64,000 nt of DNA from Candidatus Poribacteria bacterium (GTDB lineage: Bacteria; Poribacteria; WGA-4E; PCPOR2b): contig OZ242351.1 in NCBI GenBank assembly GCA_965208675.1, positions 2,732,633 to 2,796,632 on the forward strand, written 5' to 3'. Below, one piece after another: positions 20,515 to 28,965 of this stretch; position 1 is the first letter of the stretch; each line of letters starts with the position of its first letter. A program made the position numbers and the translations under genes. The notes beneath the pieces are model-generated. The model had not been told where the DNA came from. It made no database searches and saw only the letters and a list, made by a program, of their open reading frames with translations.

Positions 20515-22289
20515 GTGAGGGAATGGGGAAAGCGAAGGGGACTCGGAAGTTAATCCGTTCAGGATTCATATTCCCCGCATTCGGTTTTCTAGTCTTCTGG
20601 CTTTCTGGCTTGCCGGTGAACGCCCAATTCCACTTCACCGAAGTCCCCGCTCAAGTTACGGCTGCGGCATCCGTGTTCCGCGGGACCGGCATCCACTTTC
20701 AGCACTCAGACGGCCGCAGCGGTGAGCGGTATTTTGTTGAGACGCTTGGCTCCGGCGCCGCGTGGTTTGATTATGACGAAGATGGAGATTTGGACATCTA
20801 TTTCGTCAACGGCGCGGATTTGCCGAAGATGCGCTCGGATGTTCCGCCGACTAACGCACTTTACCGCAATAACGGCGACGGCACCTTCACCGATGTGACA
20901 TCTGATGCTGGCGTGGGCGATACGGGATATGGTTTTGGTTGCTGCGTAGGCGATTACGATAACGACGGTTACTCAGACCTTTATGTCACGAATTTCGGCC
21001 CAAATCTTCTGTATCACAATAACGGCGACGGCACCTTCACCGACATGACGCATGAAGCAGGTGTTGGAGATGAGCGGTGGGGAGCTTCCGCTGCTTTCGC
21101 CGATTATGACAACGATGGCGACATAGATTTATTTGTCGCCAACTATGTGACGTATCAATTAGAGAATAATCAGGATTGCTATGAGAGAGGCATCCGCGCC
21201 TATTGTCCGCCGGCAGATTTCGCGGGGGCGCTGGATGTGCTTTATCGAAACGACGGCAATGGCACGTTTACAGACATCACACAGAATGCGGGATTCATGA
21301 ACTCAAACGGCAAGGGGCTGGGCGTCGTTTGGGGGGACTATGACAACGACGGCTATGCTGACCTTTCCGTGGCGAATGATACGACGCCTGACACACTTTA
21401 TTGGAACAAGGGCGATGGCACTTTTATGGAGGTGGGGACTTTCGTTGGGGTTGCCTTTAGCGGCAGAGGCACTGCCTTAAGCGGGATGGGCATCAGTTTC
21501 GGCGATTATGACAACGACGGCTGGTTAGATCGGGTTGTGACGAACTTCCAGGATGAACCAAACACTCTCCATCACAACGACGGGATTGGGGAAAATACAG
21601 GGCTTCCCCCTGTTTTCGCCGATACGACTTTTTCAGCCGGCCTTGGAAGGCCAAGCCTTCCGTATCTCGCCTGGGGTGTGGATTTCGTAGATCTCGACAA
21701 CGATGGGCATCTGGACATCTTCGCGGCGAATGGGCATGTACACGACAAGGCCGAAGAAATTAACAGAGATGTCAATCAGAGCAGTACGTACGCCCAGCGA
21801 AACCAGGTCTTCAGAAATCGAGGCGATGGCGGTTTCTATGAGATTTCCGAGGGCATCGGCACCGGATTGCACATAAAGAAAGTAAGCCGCGGCGCCGCAT
21901 TCGGCGATTATGACAACGATGGCGACGTTGACATCTTGATTACCAATTCCAATCAGGCGCCGGACCTCATTCGGAACGACAGCGTAAATTCAAACCACTG
22001 GCTGATGCTGGAGACCATCGGCACGCAGAGTAATCGGGACGGGATTGGTGCCCGTGTGAAAGTGACCGCAGGAGGATTCTCACAAATCCGGGAAGTAAAA
22101 AGCGGCTCCAGTTACCTTTGTCAGAGCGATATGCGGTTACATTTTGGACTTGGCGAGGCATCAGAAGCCGATTCGGTGGAGATTCGATGGCCCAGCGGGT
22201 TGGTGGAGCGTTTTGAAGGCGTCAAAGCCAATCAGTTTGTGAAGGTGATAGAGGGGGAAGGACAGCTCCTGTCACAACCGTCTGAATGA
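20511..22289 (+). CDS. ASPIC/UnbV-domain protein with FG-GAP/VCBS repeats (CRTAC1-like)
   Basis: Repeated YRNNGDGTFTDVT / GDYDNDGxxDL FG-GAP-like units. C-terminal UnbV_ASPIC pattern (RDGIGARVKVTAGG..QIREVKSGSSYLCQSD..LHFGLG). TTG start overlaps the TPR gene stop by 4 bp. Confidence 0.85.
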   Translation: MSEGMGKAKGTRKLIRSGFIFPAFGFLVFWLSGLPVNAQFHFTEVPAQVTAAASVFRGTGIHFQHSDGRSGERYFVETLGSGAAWFDYDEDGDLDIYFVNGADLPKMRSDVPPTNALYRNNGDGTFTDVTSDAGVGDTGYGFGCCVGDYDNDGYSDLYVTNFGPNLLYHNNGDGTFTDMTHEAGVGDERWGASAAFADYDNDGDIDLFVANYVTYQLENNQDCYERGIRAYCPPADFAGALDVLYRNDGNGTFTDITQNAGFMNSNGKGLGVVWGDYDNDGYADLSVANDTTPDTLYWNKGDGTFMEVGTFVGVAFSGRGTALSGMGISFGDYDNDGWLDRVVTNFQDEPNTLHHNDGIGENTGLPPVFADTTFSAGLGRPSLPYLAWGVDFVDLDNDGHLDIFAANGHVHDKAEEINRDVNQSSTYAQRNQVFRNRGDGGFYEISEGIGTGLHIKKVSRGAAFGDYDNDGDVDILITNSNQAPDLIRNDSVNSNHWLMLETIGTQSNRDGIGARVKVTAGGFSQIREVKSGSSYLCQSDMRLHFGLGEASEADSVEIRWPSGLVERFEGVKANQFVKVIEGEGQLLSQPSE

Positions 22290-22339
22290 ACTTTGGAAAA
22301 TCCGCTTTACCCGGTGCGGCCCCATCTTCGAAACGCACT

Positions 22340-22590
22340 GGCGCAACAGATACGGGCACTCGGTTTCGGGAAATGGTGCCAGTACATTCACGATTTTGAA
22401 GAACACATCGCCTCCATGGAATATCTTCCCGACGCTCTTCACAGATAACGCTCCTAAGAGCCGGTCGACATCGTACATGAAGCGGTCATCCGTGAATATC
22501 TGGAAAAAGTGACAAAACAAAAAAGGGCGAATCAATTGAACCATGTTCGTCTGATGAAGTCTAGCGGAGCGAAGTCAGAATTAGTCTAAT
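22340..22590 (+). pseudogene. Degenerate duplicate of the rarA 3' end (last ~55 codons plus 3' flank)
   Basis: About 75-80% nucleotide identity to 14760-14950. Translates to ...[22 protein letters not shown] against rarA ...[23 protein letters not shown]. The shared downstream motif agtctagcggagcgaag occurs at both sites. Confidence 0.6.
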
Positions 22591-22593
22591 GCA

Positions 22594-24078
22594 TCAGTAT
22601 ATTACCCTTTCCTCCCTAAATAATTCGCCCATCATTATATTACCCTTCCCATCATAAATTCGCCACTCCCCATCCACTTTTCGCATTTTAAGAACGAATC
22701 CAGTGTTCCTGGGGCTATCCGACGTTGGCGCTTCTAATCGGAAATGAAATTCATCGCCGACATATTCACTACTCACAATCTCTATCTGACTATAACCCTC
22801 CCGCATCTTCGACTGTCCTTCCGGAGTTTGAATTGCATCCAGTCCCTTCAGTATAGACTGAATCACAGATTCTCTCGTCTTTTCTACTAACGCTTCTGGC
22901 ACCCCTTCTGGAAAATTATCTTCAATTGCATTTAAGGTTTCATTTACAAATTCTTCTGGAAACTCCCCTCCGAGGAAACGTAAACTAGTTTCAATATGAT
23001 CTCTGTAAGCTCCTGTCACAAAGGGGAGAGTTTCCTCTAAATCCACATTCTTAAGTGCTTCCACATAAGCGTTCATCACCTCTTCGGCGGATAAGATTGT
23101 GCCTTCTGATGCAACGGATGAATCGGTTTCGCCTGATTCGGAATCCTGATTAGATGCCCCGTCCGTTGCTAGTTGCGACGCCTGCGTTTCCGATTGTTCG
23201 TCGGCACCTTCTAGATGATCGAAGAAGTCCTCAATTTGCAGCATCTCTTCTGCGGAGATTTGCGGCTTATTTTCGGGTAAAGGTGCGCTGACCGCGCCTT
23301 TACGAGCGGTGTCCGTTTGAGCGACCGAGGTTTCAGACTCAGTTGGCGTCGAAGCTACAATCTCAACCGATGGAGACGAATCTTCTTTCGACGATATGAA
23401 CTGGCGCGTTCCGATGAAGGCGAGTACAATGATGGCTACCGCCCCGGCGGTGATTTTGGGTACTGTTCCAACTTTCATGACCGTTAATCCTCCTGAGTAG
23501 ATTTGTTTGAGTGTGGGCATCGGAGAAACAAACACACCAGTAAGCAGATGACCCAATCGTTTGGCGAGTTTCTGCTTGGCGCGCGAGAGCCGAAACGAAA
23601 TCGCCTTGTATGACAACCCATGCGTCCGAATCAGTTCGTCGTAGCCTGCGCCTTCAAGATAGTACGAGCGAGCGATTTCCCTATCTTTTTGCGGCAACGT
23701 TTCAATCGCGCGGCGAATCAGTTCCCTCTGTTCGCGGCGTATCAACTGTTCGTCGGGTGCGTCCGGGGTTAGGAGTGTGTGTGCGCTCGCTTCATCAATG
23801 GAAACAGTATTGACACGCTGTTTTCGCAACCAATCTCGTGCACTGTTTCGGGCAATCTCTGCCAGCCAGTATTTGAATTTTTCCCGATCCTCATACTGCA
23901 CCAAGCCACGGTAGGCGTTGAGAAAGGTGTCTTGCACAATCTCTTCGGCATCGTTCGGATTGTTTACAAATCCGATTACAACCGCATAAACAAAGGCGTA
24001 ATGCACCCGCATTAACTCCGTGAATGCACCTTCGTCCCCCGCTTGAACGCGGTAAATCAGATCTTTAGTGTTAGCCAC
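22594..24078 (-). CDS. ECF sigma factor fused to a TM segment and a C-terminal extracytoplasmic KMRK..WRIY module (subfamily A)
   Basis: GTG start with GGAGG RBS. Sigma region 2 (AEEIVQDTFLNAYRGL), region 4 HTH (LPQKDREIARSYYLEGAGYDELIRTHGLSYKAISFRLSRAKQKL), TM helix (KITAGAVAIIVLAFIGT), acidic S/P/E linker, PQISAEEMLQIEDFF motif, then EYVGDEFHFRL...KMRKVDGEWRIY. Has a 19-aa extension past the family C-terminus. Confidence 0.8.
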   Translation of the reverse strand: MANTKDLIYRVQAGDEGAFTELMRVHYAFVYAVVIGFVNNPNDAEEIVQDTFLNAYRGLVQYEDREKFKYWLAEIARNSARDWLRKQRVNTVSIDEASAHTLLTPDAPDEQLIRREQRELIRRAIETLPQKDREIARSYYLEGAGYDELIRTHGLSYKAISFRLSRAKQKLAKRLGHLLTGVFVSPMPTLKQIYSGGLTVMKVGTVPKITAGAVAIIVLAFIGTRQFISSKEDSSPSVEIVASTPTESETSVAQTDTARKGAVSAPLPENKPQISAEEMLQIEDFFDHLEGADEQSETQASQLATDGASNQDSESGETDSSVASEGTILSAEEVMNAYVEALKNVDLEETLPFVTGAYRDHIETSLRFLGGEFPEEFVNETLNAIEDNFPEGVPEALVEKTRESVIQSILKGLDAIQTPEGQSKMREGYSQIEIVSSEYVGDEFHFRLEAPTSDSPRNTGFVLKMRKVDGEWRIYDGKGNIMMGELFREERVIY

Positions 24079-24160
24079 TGTTCTTCATTCCTCCTTATAC
24101 CCCTTAATCAAACATAACGACGTTCTGCGATTTTTTCTAGCACTTTTTTTGAAGATGTAA

Positions 24161-24204
24161 CTGTCTGAATCAGGATTTACCGGATTAAAGGATTCCCAGG
24201 ATAT
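24161..24204 (-). promoter_or_regulatory. Conserved promoter core (phased AATCC x3 ... GATTCAGACAGTT) upstream of the 22594-24078 paralog
   Basis: Minus strand TATCCTGGGAATCCTTTAATCCGGTAAATCCTGATTCAGACAG. Followed by the conserved leader AAAAAGTGCTAGAAAAAATCGCAGAACG (24121-24150). Confidence 0.5.
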
Positions 24205-24219
24205 CAGATTAGTCGCGGG

Positions 24220-24257
24220 TTGAAAATAAAAAAGGCGAATGGGTTGTACCATTCGCC
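24220..24257 (-). terminator. Intrinsic terminator (9-bp stem GGCGAATGG/CCATTCGCC + T-tract) after the 24296-25765 gene
   Basis: Minus strand reads GGCGAATGGtacaacCCATTCGCC followed by TTTTTTATTTTC. Confidence 0.6.
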
Positions 24258-24295
24258 ACGTGAAGTCTTTGGGAATAGAGTTGGGAGTTTGTTGA

Positions 24296-25765
24296 TTATT
24301 CCCTTGCATAAATTATCCACACTCCATCAACATTCCGCATCTTAACGAGGCGCATTATGCTTTCTGGTGGCTTTGGAAACCCTGGAGGAAGCTCTCCCAA
24401 TCCCGGTAGTTTTGGCATCGGCACGCTCAATCGGAAGTGAAATTCATCACCGACATATTCGCTCCTCACAATCTCCATCTCCCCATACATTTCCTGTGCC
24501 ATTTGCCGTATCTTCGCCTGCACTTTTGAATTCTGGTTAATCTCCAACATCATTTGCTGCAGACTATCCATCTGTTTTTCTGACATCGCTTCTTTTTCTT
24601 TCGACATCTCGTCGGAAATACGATCTGCTACGTCTTCTGAAAACCCATCACTGAAGATGTGCAAAGTAGTTTCAATGTGATTTCTGGCGGTCCCATCTAC
24701 GTACGGGAGCAATGCCTCAAAGTCAAAAGTCCTATATGCATCGAGATAAGTATCCATCAACTCTTCGGCGGCAAAACTAGCGCTTTCGGCTTCAAAAGAT
24801 GAATCAGTGACATTGCCTTTTTGAAAATCTTGATTGGTTGTCTCGTGCGTTGCTAGTTGTGAGATAGCGGCCTCCGATTGCGCGTCTGACTCATCAAGGT
24901 GAGCGAAAAAGTTTTCGATTTGCTGCATCTCCTCTGCAGAGATTTGCGGTTTGTCTTCAGGCACAGACGCGACGACTGCGCTTTTACGAGCGGCGTCCGT
25001 TTGAGCGACCGAGGTTTCAGGCTCAGTTGGCGTTGAAGCAACAATCTCTTCCGATGGCGACGAATCTTCTTTCGACGATAGGAACTGGCGCGTTCCGATG
25101 AAGGCGAGTACAATGATGGCTACGGCCCCGGCGGTGATTTTGGGTACTGTTCCAACTTTCATGACCGTTAATCCTCCTGAATAGATTTGTTTGAGTGTGG
25201 TTATCGGAGAAACGAATACACCAGAAAGCAGATGACCCAACCGCTTGGCGAGTTTCTGTTTGGCGCGTGAGAGTCGAAACGAAATTGCCTTGTATGACAA
25301 CCCGTGCGTCCGAATCAGTTCGTCGTAGCTTGCGCCTTCAAGATAGTACGAACGCGCGATGTCCCTATCTTTTTGCGGCAAGGTTTCCATCGCGCGGCGA
25401 ATCAGTTCTCTCTGTTCGCGGCGTATCAACTCTTCGTCAGGTGAATCCGCGGTTTGAAGCGTACCTTCGCTCACCTCGTTGATGGATACGGCGTCGATTC
25501 GTTGTTGTTCTCGCAACCAGTTTAAGGCTCGATTTCGCGCAATTTTTGCGAGCCAGCCTTTGAATCTTTTCGTATCCTCAAGTTGTGGCAAACCGCGGTA
25601 AGCGTTAAGGAAGATTTCTTGGACAACTTCCTCGGCGTCGTTGGGATTGTTTACGATTCCGATTACAATCGCATAAACGAAGGCATAATACGCCTGCATT
25701 AACTCAGTGAACGCACCTTCGTCCCATGTTTGGGCGCGAGAAATGAGGGCGTTGTCGTTATCCAC
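24296..25765 (-). CDS. ECF sigma-TM-periplasmic module fusion protein (subfamily A paralog)
   Basis: Same architecture and motifs. GTG start. C-terminus ...VKMRNVDGVWIIYARE. The sigma-domain region is nearly identical in DNA to the neighbouring paralogs. Confidence 0.8.
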   Translation of the reverse strand: MDNDNALISRAQTWDEGAFTELMQAYYAFVYAIVIGIVNNPNDAEEVVQEIFLNAYRGLPQLEDTKRFKGWLAKIARNRALNWLREQQRIDAVSINEVSEGTLQTADSPDEELIRREQRELIRRAMETLPQKDRDIARSYYLEGASYDELIRTHGLSYKAISFRLSRAKQKLAKRLGHLLSGVFVSPITTLKQIYSGGLTVMKVGTVPKITAGAVAIIVLAFIGTRQFLSSKEDSSPSEEIVASTPTEPETSVAQTDAARKSAVVASVPEDKPQISAEEMQQIENFFAHLDESDAQSEAAISQLATHETTNQDFQKGNVTDSSFEAESASFAAEELMDTYLDAYRTFDFEALLPYVDGTARNHIETTLHIFSDGFSEDVADRISDEMSKEKEAMSEKQMDSLQQMMLEINQNSKVQAKIRQMAQEMYGEMEIVRSEYVGDEFHFRLSVPMPKLPGLGELPPGFPKPPESIMRLVKMRNVDGVWIIYARE

Positions 25766-25839
25766 AGTTTTTCGTTCCTCCGTTGCATTATATTAAGACA
25801 CTGTTCTGCGATTTTTTCTAGCACTTTTTTGTGATGTAA

Positions 25840-25883
25840 CTGTCTGACTCAGGATTTACCGGATTAAAGGATTCTCAGGATAT
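25840..25883 (-). promoter_or_regulatory. Conserved promoter core upstream of the 24296-25765 paralog
   Basis: TATCCTGAGAATCCTTTAATCCGGTAAATCCTGAGTCAGACAG plus the conserved leader. Confidence 0.5.
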
Positions 25884-25899
25884 CAGATTTTTCGCGGGC

Positions 25900-25937
25900 A
25901 GAAAATAAAAAAAGGCGAATGGGTTGAACCATTCGCC
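25900..25937 (-). terminator. Intrinsic terminator (same hairpin family) after the 25987-28728 gene
   Basis: GGCGAATGGttcaacCCATTCGCC + TTTTTTTATTTTC on the minus strand. Confidence 0.6.
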
Positions 25938-25986
25938 TTGTGAAATCTTGGGGAATACGGTTGTGGGTTTGTTAAGAGTTCCGCTT

Positions 25987-28728
25987 TTAATACAAATAAT
26001 TAACTTCGTAAATTTGCCATGCACCGTTCTCTTTTCGCATCTTAACAGACGTACCCGGCATCTCTAGGTGCTCGGGCATCTCCGGCAGCTCTATCCCCTG
26101 TAATTCGGGCATCTCCGATATGTCCGGTATCTCTATTTTCGGCATGGCTATTTTCAATTGGAAGTGGAATTCATCGTCGACATATTTACTGGTCACAATC
26201 TCAACCTGACTGAACATTGATCGCACCATCGGATTCTGCATCGTATCGTTTAACATCTGAATCATACCGTCCGCCATTTCTTCTGATAACCCAATGTCAT
26301 TATAATATATATCAACAAGCTCATCCGGAAGCTCACCGTTAAACATGCCTATAAGACCCGTTACCACTGGTCGGGCAGTGCCTGTCACATACGGCAGCAT
26401 CGTCTCAAGTTCAAGCTTTCTATACGCCTCTATATAGGCATTCATCAACTCTTCGGCGGATGCATTCGCGTCGGTTGTGCTGGACTCGGTTTCAGATTCA
26501 GACGGTAGTTGGGAGGTGTCCACTTCCGGTTCTTCGATTTGACCGAGGGAGTCCTTGCCAACGATGACGGTGGCGCGCTTGTTTCGAGGGAATACACTCG
26601 CCGCCAGGTGCTGCATGTCTGCATCGGTAACGCGCTGGATGGCATCACGCAATTCGTTGCCATCCAGTTTCAGTTGATACCGACGACCGGTGCTGAAAGC
26701 TAAACCGTAAAGGTTTTGCGCCCACATGGCATCCGGCACCTCAACTGTGCCCAACATTGCCATTGAGTTAAGCGTTCGCTGTTTGTCCTCCGGTGTAAGT
26801 TTTGTCGCCAACGCCGTGTTTAGGCGTTCGTCGAGTTGAATCAGTGCAATATGGTCGTCTGTGTCAGATTGTAGGTCGGTTTGGAGCACAAGTGTGGTAT
26901 CATCCTCCAGCGGTGTGAAGTACACACGCGGTGTTTTACCCGGCTGAAAGACGAACTGTGCGCTTGCCCACAAACGCGAGACAACTATCAGGAACGGCGC
27001 GTACTCCTTACTCCCGGGTCGGGGTGCAGCATATCCAATCGCTGCGACGCCGGTCGTATCGTCGTTCACAGGTTCTGCAGTAAGCAACCGCAGCCCGCCG
27101 GTCAATGCTATAGACTTGCGCGGTTTAATAGGGGGCGACACGCTGGGCGAAATGTGACCGAAGTTTTGGTGAATCAACTGCCGCGCTTCGGCAACGTCAA
27201 ACCCGCCTGCGATGGCAAGAATGGCGTTGTTCGGTTTGTAGTAATTCTGCCAAAATTGCTGGAGCTCGTCGAGCGTCATAGTCTCGATGTGCTCGGGCGC
27301 GACGCCGACGCGTCCGCCTTCGAGAATCGTGTGCAAGTGAGCTCGAACACTGTTTAAACCGACCAGCGACGGGACGCCACTATACATGTTCCTCAACTCC
27401 GCCATCACGCGAGGCACCTCACGATTCAGATCGGCTTGGGTAATGCGTAGGTCATTCATGCGGGTAGCCGCGTCCTTCAATTCGGACGCGAATTGTTTTG
27501 CTTCGACGACCCCGGCAAAAACGGTGTAGTCAAATCCCGTGTGCGAGTTCCAGCCTGCAACATAGCGTGCCTGAAGCTGTATGGCGCCGCGCGCTGGGGA
27601 GTCGCCGGCTGCAGCGGTATAATACAGGTGTTCAAGCAGGTGTGCTCTGCCGGACTTTCCGATCGGGTCGTGGTCTCCGCCCAAATTGAACAGCACTACA
27701 ACCGCCACTTGGCTTGACGTGGGAACAGGGCGTAGAATGACTGTCAGCCCATTTTCCAGTTTGTACGGCGCCCGTATCTCGGTCTTTGAAATTTTAACCT
27801 CGGCGACGGAGTTGATCGGACTCGGTTGCTCGGGCGAATTACCGACAATCCCCGTGCCGTGTTCACCAAGAACCGTTGGCGGTTTGGCCCCCTCGGCCAC
27901 GAGTTCCACCGGAATCTCTGCAAACATTGTCATCTGGATTTCGCTGGGAAGCGGTGAACTGGCCAGATCGCCGGGCGTAGCAACTGGTCGGAGAAATTGA
28001 TTGAAAAGCATAAAGGTAAGTACTATCCCGACGGTCGCTGAACCGATGAATGGAAGCAACGGCTTCGTTGAAATCGGTTGCACTTTGGTTGACTTAATGG
28101 CTTCGACGATTCGGAACGTAAAGCCTGACTGTAATTTTTTCTCTGCAAATGTGGTGTCTATCATCGAAATCAACTCCTCCTTCAGTTTGGTTCTGGCTCG
28201 CATCAACCGTTGGTTCACGGTGTTGACAGAAGTCCCCAAAAACCGCGCAATCTCCTTGCTACTCAGACCGCCAAGATAGTAGAGCGTCAACGTCTGTCGA
28301 TAGATTTCCGGCAATTGATCAATCGCCTCACGGATGGATTCGGCTGCGGCTTCGCTTCGATAGGCATCAATTGACGGTGTGTCCAAGAGCGCCGTGTCTT
28401 GGTCCTCGATGTAGTCTCCATCTGGACGGCGTAATCGGGATGTGAGAAAATTTGTGCACGAATTAACCGTAATTGAGAACAGCCACGCTAAGAAGTTATC
28501 CCGTCGCTTGAGGGTAGGAAGTTTCTGATAGGCTTTAATAAAGACTTCTTGGGTGATGTCCTCAGCATCGTGGAAGTTTCTAAGCTTTGTGTAAGCTAGG
28601 GCATAGACGCTCGACTTGTATTTATCAACGAGCAAGCCAAACGCCGCCGATTCTCCATTAAGGCATTTTCCGATGATGTATCCATCTTCTGTGTACACGG
28701 TTCTATTCCTCTCACCAAATGGCTTCAT
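25987..28728 (-). CDS. ECF sigma-TM fusion with periplasmic M16 (pitrilysin-like, HxxEH) peptidase domain and C-terminal KMRK..WRIY module (subfamily B)
   Basis: 913 aa. ECF regions 2 and 4 (DAEDITQEVFIKAYQKL; LSSKEIARFLGTSVNTVNQRLMRARTKL), TM (GSATVGIVLTFMLF), GKSGRAHLLEHLYYT inverted zinc motif, C-terminus ...SKYVDDEFHFQLK...VKMRKENGAWQIYEVNYLY. Confidence 0.8.
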   Translation of the reverse strand: MKPFGERNRTVYTEDGYIIGKCLNGESAAFGLLVDKYKSSVYALAYTKLRNFHDAEDITQEVFIKAYQKLPTLKRRDNFLAWLFSITVNSCTNFLTSRLRRPDGDYIEDQDTALLDTPSIDAYRSEAAAESIREAIDQLPEIYRQTLTLYYLGGLSSKEIARFLGTSVNTVNQRLMRARTKLKEELISMIDTTFAEKKLQSGFTFRIVEAIKSTKVQPISTKPLLPFIGSATVGIVLTFMLFNQFLRPVATPGDLASSPLPSEIQMTMFAEIPVELVAEGAKPPTVLGEHGTGIVGNSPEQPSPINSVAEVKISKTEIRAPYKLENGLTVILRPVPTSSQVAVVVLFNLGGDHDPIGKSGRAHLLEHLYYTAAAGDSPARGAIQLQARYVAGWNSHTGFDYTVFAGVVEAKQFASELKDAATRMNDLRITQADLNREVPRVMAELRNMYSGVPSLVGLNSVRAHLHTILEGGRVGVAPEHIETMTLDELQQFWQNYYKPNNAILAIAGGFDVAEARQLIHQNFGHISPSVSPPIKPRKSIALTGGLRLLTAEPVNDDTTGVAAIGYAAPRPGSKEYAPFLIVVSRLWASAQFVFQPGKTPRVYFTPLEDDTTLVLQTDLQSDTDDHIALIQLDERLNTALATKLTPEDKQRTLNSMAMLGTVEVPDAMWAQNLYGLAFSTGRRYQLKLDGNELRDAIQRVTDADMQHLAASVFPRNKRATVIVGKDSLGQIEEPEVDTSQLPSESETESSTTDANASAEELMNAYIEAYRKLELETMLPYVTGTARPVVTGLIGMFNGELPDELVDIYYNDIGLSEEMADGMIQMLNDTMQNPMVRSMFSQVEIVTSKYVDDEFHFQLKIAMPKIEIPDISEMPELQGIELPEMPEHLEMPGTSVKMRKENGAWQIYEVNYLY

Positions 28729-28822
28729 TTAGTATGACAATGCAAAAGACCGAAATATTACACGGGCAGACAATTTTTCGGTTGAAAGAGAGGATAAGTG
28801 ACAGGGTGTATCTGTTACCGAA

Positions 28823-28866
28823 CTGTCTGACTCAGGATTTACCGGATTAAAGGATTCTCAGGATAA
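28823..28866 (-). promoter_or_regulatory. Conserved promoter core upstream of the 25987-28728 (M16-containing) paralog
   Basis: TTATCCTGAGAATCCTTTAATCCGGTAAATCCTGAGTCAGACAG. The leader differs from the subfamily-A leader. Confidence 0.5.
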
Positions 28867-28882
28867 CAAATTTTTCGCGGGT

Positions 28883-28919
28883 TGAAAATAAAAAAGGCGA
28901 ATGGGTTGAACCATCCGCC
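28883..28919 (-). terminator. Intrinsic terminator (same hairpin family, 1 mismatch) after the 28966-30354 gene
   Basis: GGCGGATGGttcaacCCATTCGCC + TTTTTTATTTTC on the minus strand. Confidence 0.55.
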
Positions 28920-28965
28920 TTGCGAAGTCTTGTGGGATTGAGTTGCCGGTTGCTTTAACGTCTGA

